A stretch of DNA of 48,228 nt, taken from contig MFNK01000002.1 in the NCBI GenBank assembly GCA_001782045.1, positions 1 to 48,228 on the forward strand, in the 5' to 3' direction. How positions within the stretch are numbered: the first letter of the stretch is position 1; each line of letters begins with the position of its first letter. The position numbers and the translations under genes are program-made. The notes beneath the pieces are model-generated. The model did not search any database and was not told the DNA's origin. It was given only the letters and a program-made list of their open reading frames with translations. This stretch comes from Candidatus Levybacteria bacterium RIFCSPHIGHO2_01_FULL_36_15b. GTDB lineage: Bacteria > Patescibacteriota > Microgenomatia > Levybacterales > UBA12049. Of the stretch, positions 8,341-18,205 are shown one piece after another.

Positions 8341-9661
8341 CAATTCTTTCCATATCACGCGGAAATATACTTGCTTCGCGTACATTGGAAAGTTCTAAAA
8401 TTTGCATTGTCATTCTTTCTGCTCCTAAGGCAAATCCACCTTCCGGAGGTACGCCATATTGAAACGCTTCTAAAAATAACTTAATTTTATTTGGATCCAA
8501 TTTCCAATCTTTAACCTGCTTAGTTAACTGATCATAATCATTTACTCTACGTCCTCCTGAAAGCCACTCTAAGCCTTTACAAAGCAGATCCATTCCTTCA
8601 TTAACTTCCGGATTTTCAGGATTGGGGTAAACATAAAACGGCTTGTGCTTAGTAGGATAGCCGTAAATAAACACAAAATCGGAACCTGTTTCTTTTTTGA
8701 TTATTTCGCAAATTTCTCTTTCATCTTCAGGATTTAAATCTTTTTCTTCTCGTACATCCCTGCCTGAGTTTTTAAATATCTTTTCTTGAGCTTCTTTTAG
8801 GCTTAAATACGGGGTTTTATCAATCATTTTAGGCAATTCTACTTTGTACATTTTAAGCTCTTTTGCACAAGTATCTTCAACTCTTTTTAAAATACTTCTT
8901 ACTACTTGTTCTGCCATATCTTTAACATCAAGCCATGAATCAATAAATGCCATTTCAGCATCTAATGAAACTACTTCTGTTAAATGTCTCGTGGTAACAG
9001 AGGGCTCGGCTCTAAAAATTTTATTCACGGAGAAAACTCGTTCAAAAGCGGACATTACAATTTGTTTATAAAGCTGAGGACTCTGAGAAAGGTATGCTTT
9101 GTGTCCAAAGTAGTTTACCTCAAAAACAGCTGCTCCGCCTTCGGCCACTGCCGGCGCAATAGCGGGAGCCTGAAACTCTACAAAACCCTGGGTTTTAAGA
9201 TAGTTTCTAAACTCGTCGATAATTGCCGCTTGTACCTTAAAAATTGCAGCAATTTTAGGATGTCTTAGCGTAATTCCCCTATGGTCTAATAAAGTTGGGA
9301 GCTCCAGTTTTAAATCATCGCTGCCCATATCAAAAGGAAGGGTTGCGGCTTTTGCTAATATCTTAATTTCTGTTGCCTCAAGCTCAAATCCGCCACTTTC
9401 TAAATCTTTATTTACCGATTTTCCCGGGCGCTGGTTCACTTGTCCCTTAATTGAAACTGCGTATTCTACTCCTAGTTCTTGGGCAACTTTGTATGCAGAT
9501 TCCGAAACTTGAGGATTGACTACAACCTGAATAATTCCGCTTCGATCTCGTATGTCTAAAAAAATAAGCTTTCCGTGATCTCTTCTAATTCTTACCCAAC
9601 CCATAACCGTAGCTTGTTTACCGACGAAATCTTTTACATCCGAAACTAAAATTCTACTCAT
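8309..9661 (-). CDS. aspS: Aspartate--tRNA ligase, short archaeal/AsnRS-like type (probably non-discriminating)
   Basis: OB fold with RDHGKLIFLDIRDRSG, YLSQSPQLYKQ, motif 2 FRAE..TTRHLTE, motif 3 GGFALGAER. 450 aa, lacking the bacterial GAD insertion. Confidence 0.9.
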   Translation of the reverse strand: MSRILVSDVKDFVGKQATVMGWVRIRRDHGKLIFLDIRDRSGIIQVVVNPQVSESAYKVAQELGVEYAVSIKGQVNQRPGKSVNKDLESGGFELEATEIKILAKAATLPFDMGSDDLKLELPTLLDHRGITLRHPKIAAIFKVQAAIIDEFRNYLKTQGFVEFQAPAIAPAVAEGGAAVFEVNYFGHKAYLSQSPQLYKQIVMSAFERVFSVNKIFRAEPSVTTRHLTEVVSLDAEMAFIDSWLDVKDMAEQVVRSILKRVEDTCAKELKMYKVELPKMIDKTPYLSLKEAQEKIFKNSGRDVREEKDLNPEDEREICEIIKKETGSDFVFIYGYPTKHKPFYVYPNPENPEVNEGMDLLCKGLEWLSGGRRVNDYDQLTKQVKDWKLDPNKIKLFLEAFQYGVPPEGGFALGAERMTMQILELSNVREASIFPRDMERIDERLSTQKKS

Positions 9662-9669
9662 TTAATCTG

Positions 9670-9699
9670 ATAATACCATTCTATCTGCCTACTTGACAA
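9670..9699 (-). promoter_or_regulatory. Promoter of aspS (near-leaderless)
   Basis: Minus strand TTGTCA-18-TATTAT with a TG extension, ending 8 nt before the ATG. Confidence 0.5.
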
Positions 9700-9819
9700 G
9701 CTATTTTAGCAGTGATACGATTTGATGTGGATAAAATACTTATGAAATTATTTGAAATTATAGATTGACTTCCCAATGAAGCCATTTCTGTGCTTCAAAA
9801 AGGAAGTTTTTTGTTGTTT

Positions 9820-10161
9820 ATGGTAGAAAATATTGAACTTAGGATAACAAGTAAATCGATGAAAAGATGTGATATTGGATCCACTAGAGATCTTACTGAA
9901 GGATTAAGATTGGAAGGGTATGAATACAGCCATAGAAATGATTTTTTGGAAAAGGTTGTGCCTTTAAAGGACAGTGGAATAAGAATAAACTTTTCAAGCT
10001 TAGCCTCAAATTCAGATCTTTTGCCTTCCGAGTTAAGAGAGGCTATTGAAACTGCTAATAATTCTAACTATCTTTCTCGAAATGAACCAGTAGAAGATGA
10101 CAATACTGATCGTGTTAGAAGTGGAGTTAGATTAGAACCCGTTTTTGCTAGGCACCGCTAG
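9820..10161 (+). CDS. Hypothetical protein (no recognisable family)
   Basis: Open frame filling the gap between aspS and recJ. ATG 9820 chosen over GTG 9790. Confidence 0.4.
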   Translation: MVENIELRITSKSMKRCDIGSTRDLTEGLRLEGYEYSHRNDFLEKVVPLKDSGIRINFSSLASNSDLLPSELREAIETANNSNYLSRNEPVEDDNTDRVRSGVRLEPVFARHR

Positions 10162-11828
10162 TTTTTCTTTATATCCTTAATTTTAAGCTGGAGTTTTTTA
10201 TTTCCATTCCACTCATTAAGCGACAACGTATATGCAACCGAAACCTTATCGCCAATTACAAGTGAATTTTTTTCTCCAATACCAAACGCGATGGATTCAA
10301 AATATTTACCCTTTTCTGATTTAAGTCCGAGTCTAAGATGTTTTCCATCTTTTCCTACTGTTTTTATATCGGCAACATTCAAATTTTCTGTCAGAAACAA
10401 GGGTTCTGGATTTGCCATGCCAAAAGGAGATAGTTTTTGTATTGCAGAATATAGATCTAAACTAATAAGGTCTTCCGGCAAATTTAAATCTATGTTTAAT
10501 TTTCTTTCTAAATGGTCTTTATTAAGAAGCTTGGAAGCCTTTTTATACAAAAATTTTTCAAGCTCTTCCAGTTTTTTTGTTTCTACAGTAAAACCAGCCG
10601 CCATAGGATGCCCGCCTACATCAACTAACAAATCCGAGGCTTCTCTTAGAAATTCTACAATATTAAAACCAAAAACACTTCGAGCGGAAGCTTTGCTATA
10701 AACCTTACCCTTTGAAATAACAATTGATGGTAAATAATATTCTTCTACAAGTCTTCCGGCTACTAAGCCTATTATTCCTTCCTGATAAGATTTATCTGCA
10801 ATAAAAATTAGATTATTAAGCAAATTTTTTTTTGCTCCGTGTAAAGCGTGATTTAGAGTATCAATTGTAAGTTCTTGTCTTTGTAAATTGGTTTTTCCTA
10901 ATGAATTAGCAAGAATTTTTGCTCTTTCATTATTACGGGTACATATTAGCCTTAGGCTATCCATTGCACTTCCAATTCTACCCATCGCATTGAGCCTTGG
11001 AGCAATAATATGTCCTATTTCATACACACCAATGTTTTCTTTTTCGATACGGGATTCCCTAAATAGCTCTAAAAGTCCGGGACGTTTTGTTTTTTGCAAG
11101 GCCTGCAGTCCGTAATAAACAAAAATTCTATTTCCTTGCCTAAGAGGAACTAAATCCGCAATTGTTGCTAAAGCCACAAGCTCCAAATGGTTATCATAAG
11201 ATTTGAGATTTGATTTTTTATCTTTCATTTCCTGTGAGAGCATGTATGCAACCCCTGCCCCGCAAAGCAAAGTTGTATGAACAATTGTATATGCCTTAGG
11301 AAGCTTAAGGTTTTCAGGTCTTACATGATGATCTGTAACAATGACATCTACTCCCTTTTTGTTAGCATAGTCAACCGCCTCGCTTGCAACAATCCCGTTA
11401 TCCACTGTTATTATTAATTTCAAATCCGGATCTTGCGAAAGTACTTTATTTATACCCTTAACACTTAATCCATAACCTTCTTCGAACCTTGAGGGAATAT
11501 ATGGAAGACAGTTTGCTTTTAAACTACTTAATGTTTCCCAGAGAATAGCGCTTCCGCAAATTCCATCAACGTCATAATCGCCAAAAACTATAATTTTTTC
11601 TTTATTTTTAATAGCTTCTTTTATTCTTTCTATCGCTTTTTTGAGATTATTCTTATCAATTCTTACTGAGTCTAATGTTACTTGCCTAAAATTAGGATTT
11701 AGAAAACTTTCTTTCTCTTTTTTCGTTTTAATATTACGGTTTTCAAGAAGTATACTGACTATCTCTTCATCTTTGAGGCTTAAACTCTTATTCTGATAAA
11801 GCAAGTTCCATTTTTTCATTTCACTCAA
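10158..11828 (-). CDS. recJ: Single-stranded-DNA-specific exonuclease RecJ
   Basis: GDYDVDG, TVDNGI, TDHH (DHH), DHHA1 GGHPMAAG, PFGMANPEP. Confidence 0.95.
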   Translation of the reverse strand: MSEMKKWNLLYQNKSLSLKDEEIVSILLENRNIKTKKEKESFLNPNFRQVTLDSVRIDKNNLKKAIERIKEAIKNKEKIIVFGDYDVDGICGSAILWETLSSLKANCLPYIPSRFEEGYGLSVKGINKVLSQDPDLKLIITVDNGIVASEAVDYANKKGVDVIVTDHHVRPENLKLPKAYTIVHTTLLCGAGVAYMLSQEMKDKKSNLKSYDNHLELVALATIADLVPLRQGNRIFVYYGLQALQKTKRPGLLELFRESRIEKENIGVYEIGHIIAPRLNAMGRIGSAMDSLRLICTRNNERAKILANSLGKTNLQRQELTIDTLNHALHGAKKNLLNNLIFIADKSYQEGIIGLVAGRLVEEYYLPSIVISKGKVYSKASARSVFGFNIVEFLREASDLLVDVGGHPMAAGFTVETKKLEELEKFLYKKASKLLNKDHLERKLNIDLNLPEDLISLDLYSAIQKLSPFGMANPEPLFLTENLNVADIKTVGKDGKHLRLGLKSEKGKYFESIAFGIGEKNSLVIGDKVSVAYTLSLNEWNGNKKLQLKIKDIKKN

Positions 11829-12129
11829 CGCGCTCGAGGATTATTCTTTTTGAAAAAGAACCTCTTTTATTAGCCTTTTTCCTTTTCAGTTTATTCAACT
11901 CACCCAAGCTTACGCCTTTTAGATAACCGATCGCCTCAACAACTTCCATAATATCTACTAATTCTTCTAAATCTCCGCTTGATTTATATTCATTAACTTC
12001 TTCGGTTAATTTATCAACTAGAGCATTTTCAAATTCTTTTTCTGAAGCAACATGAGTAATTGGTTTTTTATTATCTCCGGTGATTATTTCAGGTATCCTA
12101 TTCCTGACTAATTTGTTATATTCCTTCAT
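11821..12129 (-). CDS. MazG-like nucleoside triphosphate pyrophosphohydrolase
   Basis: YNKLVRNRIPEII start and ExxE..EExxD metal-binding pattern (KLTEEVNE..EELVDIMEV). Confidence 0.8.
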   Translation of the reverse strand: MKEYNKLVRNRIPEIITGDNKKPITHVASEKEFENALVDKLTEEVNEYKSSGDLEELVDIMEVVEAIGYLKGVSLGELNKLKRKKANKRGSFSKRIILERVE

Positions 12130-12174
12130 TAATGTTTGCTATACTATAGCAAAGTAAACATTAGGCAACAAGTT

Positions 12175-13530
12175 ATGTTAAAAAATATTCCTAAAGAAGT
12201 TATTGATATCTATCAAAAACTTGAGAATGCAAAATTTGAAGTATATTTTGTGGGAGGAAGTGTAAGAAGTATACTTCTAAATACATATGTTAAGGACTGG
12301 GACCTAACAACCAATGCGAAACCTGAAGAAGTTTTAAAAGTTTTTCCAAATGGTTTCTATGATAACGAATTTGGCACAGTTGGAATTCCATATGAACTTG
12401 ATGGAGAAAAAAAAGTTGCAGAAATTACAACTTATAGGAAAGAATTAAGTTTTTCCCCTACACACAAACCGGAAAGGGTTGAATGGGGAAAAACAATAGA
12501 AGATGATCTTTCAAGACGCGACTTCACAATTAACGCAATCGCATTAAGAATTTCTGATAAAAATTTTAAGCTTATTGATCCTTTCGGCGGAGAAAATGAT
12601 TTAAAAGACAAAAGGATTGCAGCGGTGGGAGATGCAAATCTAAGGTTTAAAGAAGATGCGCTAAGGTTAATGCGAGCTATTAGAATCGCAACTGAATTAC
12701 AATTTAAAATTGAAGAAAATACGTGGGAAAGTATAAAAGAGGATGCAAAGCTTTTAGAGCACATTTCAAAAGAAAGAATACAAATAGAACTTTTAAGAAT
12801 TTTAAAGAGTGAATTTGCATACGATGGAGTTATGCTTTTATATAAAAGCGGACTCTTAAAATATATAATTCCCGAGCTTTTGGATGGAGTTGGAATTTCA
12901 CAAGCAAGACCCGGCAGGCACCATACGGAAGATGTATTTACCCATAATATATTGTCTTTAAAGTTTTGTCCCTCGACAAACCCCATTGTTAAATTTGCTG
13001 CTCTGGTACACGATGTTGGTAAACCTTCAGTTGTAGGAAAAGATAAAAATGGACTGGTAGTCTTTTACAATCACGAAGTCGCAGGGGCTAAAATTGTAGC
13101 AGAAATTTGTGACAGATTAAAATTTTCAAAAAAAGACAAGGATAAGGTGGTGACTCTTGTGCGATGGCATATGTTTAGTGTAAATGAAAATCTAACAGAT
13201 GCCGGCATAAGACGATTTATAAGAAAAATAGGAATTGAAAATGTAAAGGACATGATGGACCTAAGAATTGGAGATAGACTTGGCGGCGGAACGCAAACCG
13301 CAGAAAGCTGGAGATTAAAAAAATTTAAAGAAAGAGTTGCCGGTGAACTTGCTCCTAAACCATTCTCTATAAATGAGCTGGCTGTAGATGGAAATGATGT
13401 GATAAGAATTTTGGGCATTAAGCCGGGTCCAAGGGTAGGAAAAGTCTTGCATTTGCTTTTTGAAGAAGTAGATGAAAATTTGGAACTAAATAAAAAAGAA
13501 TATTTGGAAAAAAGAATTAAAGAGCTATAA
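12175..13530 (+). CDS. cca: CCA tRNA nucleotidyltransferase / poly(A) polymerase family with HD domain
   Basis: VGGSVR, DWD, DLSRRDFTINA, EDALRLMRA, HDVGK HD motif. Start moved to ATG 12175. Confidence 0.92.
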   Translation: MLKNIPKEVIDIYQKLENAKFEVYFVGGSVRSILLNTYVKDWDLTTNAKPEEVLKVFPNGFYDNEFGTVGIPYELDGEKKVAEITTYRKELSFSPTHKPERVEWGKTIEDDLSRRDFTINAIALRISDKNFKLIDPFGGENDLKDKRIAAVGDANLRFKEDALRLMRAIRIATELQFKIEENTWESIKEDAKLLEHISKERIQIELLRILKSEFAYDGVMLLYKSGLLKYIIPELLDGVGISQARPGRHHTEDVFTHNILSLKFCPSTNPIVKFAALVHDVGKPSVVGKDKNGLVVFYNHEVAGAKIVAEICDRLKFSKKDKDKVVTLVRWHMFSVNENLTDAGIRRFIRKIGIENVKDMMDLRIGDRLGGGTQTAESWRLKKFKERVAGELAPKPFSINELAVDGNDVIRILGIKPGPRVGKVLHLLFEEVDENLELNKKEYLEKRIKEL

Positions 13531-13537
13531 TTAAGCT

Positions 13538-13990
13538 ATGACAAAACAAGATCTACAAAACAAACTTAAAGACTCGATGCTTGCTAAAGATGAATTAAAG
13601 ACATCGGTATTGCGGATACTTCTTTCTGCTATTAATTATTACGAAATTCAAAAAGGTGGAGCAGGATACAGTGCAACAGATGAGGATGTATTAAGCGTAA
13701 TTGGTTCCCAGGCAAAACAGAGAAGGGATTCTATTGCTGAATTTGAAAAAGCACAAAGATTGGAGTTAGCAGAAAAAGAAAAAAAAGAACTGGAAATTTT
13801 ACAAGAATATTTACCTGAGCAAATGGGAGAAGATGAGGTGATAAGGATTATTGAACAAACAATTAGTGAAACCCGAGCAAGTTCAATTACAGATATGGGA
13901 AAGGTAATGGGAGCTCTTGGTCCCAAACTTAAAGGCAAAGCAGATATGGGAATGGTAAGCCAAATAGTAAGAGAAAAGCTGAATAGTTAA
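13538..13990 (+). CDS. yqeY: GatB/YqeY domain protein
   Basis: KQRRDSI..F....R.ELA..E..E...L..YLP and DMGKVMG motifs. Confidence 0.9.
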   Translation: MTKQDLQNKLKDSMLAKDELKTSVLRILLSAINYYEIQKGGAGYSATDEDVLSVIGSQAKQRRDSIAEFEKAQRLELAEKEKKELEILQEYLPEQMGEDEVIRIIEQTISETRASSITDMGKVMGALGPKLKGKADMGMVSQIVREKLNS

Positions 13991-13998
13991 AATTTGCT

Positions 13999-14214
13999 TT
14001 AGATAAGTATTCCGGTTACCTTTGGGCATGTAGCTTTTTTAAAACGCTCTACGGTTTTATTGTTGCTCGCAATTGTTTTTAAACCTGCTCCTCGCTCAGC
14101 TAGTCCAATGTCAAACAACTCGCACCTCTCACAAGTTAAAACTGACATTACAAAGTCCGGACTTTTATTAATTTTTTGATCTACCCTAACCTCACATTCT
14201 GCAGAATTTGGCAT
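13999..14214 (-). CDS. Possible small Cys-containing protein after secF
   Basis: 71-aa ORF exactly filling the gap, with CxxC. No family recognised. Confidence 0.3.
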   Translation of the reverse strand: MPNSAECEVRVDQKINKSPDFVMSVLTCERCELFDIGLAERGAGLKTIASNNKTVERFKKATCPKVTGILI

Positions 14215-14215
14215 T

Positions 14216-15115
14216 TTATGATCTCCTTTTTGAAATTATTTCTTGCCAAACAACCAACAAGGGAGCTGCGTTGAAAATCGAGGAATAAGTACCACTAATT
14301 ATTCCGATTAATAAAGCGACTACAAACCATCGTATTGTTTCTCCTCCGAAAATAAGAAGAGATGATAAAACTAAAACTACAGTAAGCGAGGTGTTAACCG
14401 ATCTGTCTAATGTTTGCAGGATTGAATCATTTACTGTATTCGCAAAATGTTCTCCGCCCTGCCGTTTGAGATTTTCCCTAATCCTATCAAAAACAACGAT
14501 GGTATCATGAACTGAAAATCCAATAACAGTTAAAACTGCAGTTACAAAAAGACTATCAATTTCTACTCCTAAAAAATGACCAAAAATGGAAAAAACTCCA
14601 AGCAGCAGTAAAACATCATGTATAAGCGCGATAATTGCGGCTATTCCGAATCTAATGCTGCTTGCGGGTTTTGGAACCTGTCTAAAGGAATAAGTTATGT
14701 ACAAAACTATTAAAAAGGACGCGATAATTATTGCCTTAATCGCGTTTAGAGTAATTTCATTACCAATCGTTGGTCCAATGGTTTCAAATTCTAATTGCTT
14801 AAAATCTGAAAATTCACTTTTTAGCTTACTTTGCAATTGCAAATCTTCTTTTTGATCCAGAGGCTGGGTTCTTACAAATACATTTTTTTCTGATTTTTCA
14901 ATTGTAGAGACTTTTATTTTGCTTTCTTCAAAAACATTTCTTATTTTTATAATTTGGTCGTTGGTAGCGTTTTTTGAAAATGCGAAAGTAAGCCTTGACC
15001 CACCTGTAAATTCAATTGATAAATTTAAACCATACAGAAATAACGAAACAATTCCAGGAATAATTAAAATTGCCGAAATTACAAAAAATAAATATTTTTT
15101 ACCAATTAGATTCAT
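14216..15115 (-). CDS. secF: Protein translocase subunit SecF
   Basis: IEFTGGS, ETIGPTIG, GFSVHDTIVVFDRIRE motifs. Confidence 0.95.
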   Translation of the reverse strand: MNLIGKKYLFFVISAILIIPGIVSLFLYGLNLSIEFTGGSRLTFAFSKNATNDQIIKIRNVFEESKIKVSTIEKSEKNVFVRTQPLDQKEDLQLQSKLKSEFSDFKQLEFETIGPTIGNEITLNAIKAIIIASFLIVLYITYSFRQVPKPASSIRFGIAAIIALIHDVLLLLGVFSIFGHFLGVEIDSLFVTAVLTVIGFSVHDTIVVFDRIRENLKRQGGEHFANTVNDSILQTLDRSVNTSLTVVLVLSSLLIFGGETIRWFVVALLIGIISGTYSSIFNAAPLLVVWQEIISKRRS

Positions 15116-16407
15116 TTATAAAAATACCTCAAAAGAGTTCTTGTAATAACTATTGCTGAAAACATTGATACTAATACTCCGAGTGCTAAAATTAACGCAA
15201 ATCCCTTAACTATTCCTGTTCCAAACTGGTATAACACAAAACTTGTAATTAATGTTGAAATATTTGAATCCCTAATAGACGTCCAAGCTCTTGAAAAACC
15301 AAGCTCTATGGCAACTGCTTTATCTTTCCCTCCTCTTAATTCCTCTTTCATCCTTTCAAATATCAAAATATTTGCATCAACTGCCATTCCAATAGATAAA
15401 ATAAAGCCTGCAATACCAGAAAGCGTAAGCGTAATTCCGTAAGGAGTAAGTGAGCTTAGTTTAAAAATTGCTAATACAAATAAAGTATAAAGAACCAAGG
15501 CAAGAGAGGCAAAAACCCCGAGCCTGCCATATAAACCTATCATAAAGACAACAATAATTATAAAGCCCAGTACTCCTGCAAAAAGACTTTTAGCAAGCGA
15601 AGCAGATCCTAAGGTGGGTTCGATAACATTTGTTGAAAGAACATTAAGAGAAACTGGTAAGGCGCCTGCATTAAGCTGAGTACTAAGTCGCTTAGCGGTT
15701 TCTGTAGTAAAATTGCCAGTTATAACCGCATCTCCCGTAAGAATAGCTTGATTTACAACAGGATTTTCAATTAACTGATTGTCAAGAACAATTGCAACTT
15801 GCTTTCCAATATTCCTTGATGTTATGTCCGCAAATTTTTTTGCACCCTCACTGGTAAATTGTAGCTGCACTTGAGGTTTTCCGGTATTTGTATCAAAAGA
15901 TACACTGGTTTGCTTAATATCAGCACCACTTAAGTTTGTTTTGATAAAACCGGCCCCTGTTGCGGAATTTGTAGCGATATTAGCAGAAGAGCTTGCCTCC
16001 TCCCAAAAAGTAAGTTGCGCAGTGGTTCCTATTAGATTTCGAACCTGATTTATGTCCGTAAGGCCTGGAAGCTCTACGATTATTCGGAAGTCTTCGTTAA
16101 CAATCGATGTTTGAATTACGGGCTCTGATACTCCGAAAAGATTAACTCTCTTCTCAATTACGAGCTTTGAACTGTCCAAAGCAGAGACACGCTGCGGCGA
16201 AGCTATGTCTTTCATATCTGCTTTTAAAATAAGGCTGGTTCCTCCCTCCAGGTCTAGTCCTTTCCGAAAAGTTAATTCTTTTTGTAAATTTAGCTTTTGG
16301 AAAATAATATTGGGGTCAAACTGTCCTATTTTAGGAAAGTTAATAAATAAAGATAAAATCGCAAGAAAAATTATGAGGGCGAGCAGTCTTCGCGGGTTTT
16401 TTTTCAT
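15112..16407 (-). CDS. secD: Protein translocase subunit SecD
   Basis: GLDLEGG, RVNLFGVSEP, GMAVDANILIFER motifs. Confidence 0.95.
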   Translation of the reverse strand: MKKNPRRLLALIIFLAILSLFINFPKIGQFDPNIIFQKLNLQKELTFRKGLDLEGGTSLILKADMKDIASPQRVSALDSSKLVIEKRVNLFGVSEPVIQTSIVNEDFRIIVELPGLTDINQVRNLIGTTAQLTFWEEASSSANIATNSATGAGFIKTNLSGADIKQTSVSFDTNTGKPQVQLQFTSEGAKKFADITSRNIGKQVAIVLDNQLIENPVVNQAILTGDAVITGNFTTETAKRLSTQLNAGALPVSLNVLSTNVIEPTLGSASLAKSLFAGVLGFIIIVVFMIGLYGRLGVFASLALVLYTLFVLAIFKLSSLTPYGITLTLSGIAGFILSIGMAVDANILIFERMKEELRGGKDKAVAIELGFSRAWTSIRDSNISTLITSFVLYQFGTGIVKGFALILALGVLVSMFSAIVITRTLLRYFYK

Positions 16408-16979
16408 GTAAGCATGGTCTCTTCATCTCCAAGGAGCATAACTCGGGATGCTGAAAGAATTGATAAAATAAACGGATCTCTTTTTTTCTTTCTAAAATTA
16501 AACTCCTCTTCGGTCATCACGGTATAATTTATTTCGGTTGCTAGTCTTTTTTCTTCTTCTCTTACTAAAAGTGCCAATTCCGGAAGCACAACCGTACCAA
16601 CAAGAAGTAGGTCTACTTCGTCTGCCTTTTCTTTAATTCTTCGCAAGAACTTACCCGAAAACATTGCGTATTTTATTTTGCCGAGCTTTACTCTGTTTTT
16701 AAGTATATCTCCTCCCAAACCCATATTTTTAGAGCCTATTCTAAGTAAGTCAAAATAAAAAGGATAATTTTTTGATAAGGAATAATAAACTCTATTTGCT
16801 CTTGGCTCTCTGTTTAAAATTCCCTTATTTTCTAAAAATGCAAGCTCTCTTCTTACAGCATTAATTTCATCTCCTGTCCTTCTTACCAATTCCCTAACAT
16901 GAAACATGTCATTGGGATTGGATAAAAATACAGAAAGGAGCTTAACCCGTGACTTAGATGTAATTAAATCTGAAAACAT
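16404..16979 (-). CDS. Winged-helix (ArsR-like) domain fused to a minimal nucleotidyltransferase-like domain
   Basis: N-terminal HVRELVR..INAVRRELAFLE..GIL wHTH. C-terminal DEVDLLLVG...EINYTVMTEEEF resembles a Pol-beta-like NTase fold. Confidence 0.6.
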   Translation of the reverse strand: MFSDLITSKSRVKLLSVFLSNPNDMFHVRELVRRTGDEINAVRRELAFLENKGILNREPRANRVYYSLSKNYPFYFDLLRIGSKNMGLGGDILKNRVKLGKIKYAMFSGKFLRRIKEKADEVDLLLVGTVVLPELALLVREEEKRLATEINYTVMTEEEFNFRKKKRDPFILSILSASRVMLLGDEETMLT

Positions 16980-17032
16980 AATTTATTCAAATGAAGTGAG
17001 TAATTTTTATCATAAAGATGGGGGAATTGCAA

Positions 17033-18202
17033 CTACTTTACGTTAACTGTTCCATCTGTGGCTAGGATATGAAACCAAATCAAACCCCTATTAAAAACTA
17101 TTTCTTTGCCGCTTTGATCTGTAAGAATTGTTCTTGCTGTTCTTGATTGTTTTTTCCATGTTGCGGTAATCTTTTTTCCATCTTTAAAGACAATTGCCTT
17201 ACCGCTTCCCTTTGTGCCGTAAAGTAAATGAACGTTATTCTCATATCCGTCATTCGCGTTTGACTCTCTCATAAATAAAACTACAACATTTTTAGCAGTT
17301 ATTTGTTTTCCTGTATTTTTATCTAAGTGGGAGGCGCCACCGTTTTCTCTTTTGTACAAATTACTTTTAGGATCATATTTCCAATCCACAAAATATTCTG
17401 AATTATTCCAATATTCCAAATTTATTGATTGAGCAGAAGCTCTTTCTGACGCTGCTGGATCGTCTACAAATTTGTAAGGAGTAAAGCTTGAGTCCCATGA
17501 TTTTCCGTCTTCGTCAACATTTGTAAGTTTTCTCTGTTTTGCCGCATATTCCCAAAGTTTTAATGCAGTTGAATACATTGTATGCTCCGTAGCAACGGTG
17601 TGGCCCAGTCTATCATAATCTCGCCAAAATGTAGGAAAACCTATAGAAAACTGATTTAAATCATTATGACTAGTCCAGCCATAAGTTGATAATTGTGATA
17701 TTGCATCAGCCGGTCCCGGCTGATTTGCACCTCCAACATGAGCATATAGGGGAAAATCCCCATATTCAGATGCAAAATCTATAAAGTAAGTTCTAGCTGA
17801 TCTGATAGGACCAAGTTGTCCAGGGTCTTGGCAGTAAAATATTCCCAGAAATCTTGTTATGCCTCCTTCTGCTACTATTTCGTATATAACATCTGCCTTA
17901 GAAAGACCTGATTGGGGCCTTGCTTCTTGATGATTTTCAATCATAACGGCCAATGGACCATGTGTATTCCACCAAGCTTCCTGTTGTTTAGAATATTTTG
18001 CACCATTAATAGGACACTCTTGAGTTTTGGGTAGTTTTTCATCAAAATTTACTTGCCCGTCTTGACCTACTTTGGGAAGAGGCACGGAAGTAGCTAGGGG
18101 ATTCTTGCCAAGTACGGAACCGAATAGAAAATATGATACTCCGGTTGAAAGAAAATATAAGGCAAAAGCCGCAAAAAGTATAATTAATTTTTTGTTATTC
18201 AT
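17033..18202 (-). CDS. DUF3048 (YerB-like) extracytoplasmic protein
   Basis: PLAVMIEN...ARPQSGL..ADVIYE..AEGGITRF...GPIRSAR motifs. Confidence 0.85.
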   Translation of the reverse strand: MNNKKLIILFAAFALYFLSTGVSYFLFGSVLGKNPLATSVPLPKVGQDGQVNFDEKLPKTQECPINGAKYSKQQEAWWNTHGPLAVMIENHQEARPQSGLSKADVIYEIVAEGGITRFLGIFYCQDPGQLGPIRSARTYFIDFASEYGDFPLYAHVGGANQPGPADAISQLSTYGWTSHNDLNQFSIGFPTFWRDYDRLGHTVATEHTMYSTALKLWEYAAKQRKLTNVDEDGKSWDSSFTPYKFVDDPAASERASAQSINLEYWNNSEYFVDWKYDPKSNLYKRENGGASHLDKNTGKQITAKNVVVLFMRESNANDGYENNVHLLYGTKGSGKAIVFKDGKKITATWKKQSRTARTILTDQSGKEIVFNRGLIWFHILATDGTVNVK

Positions 18203-18205
18203 GAG

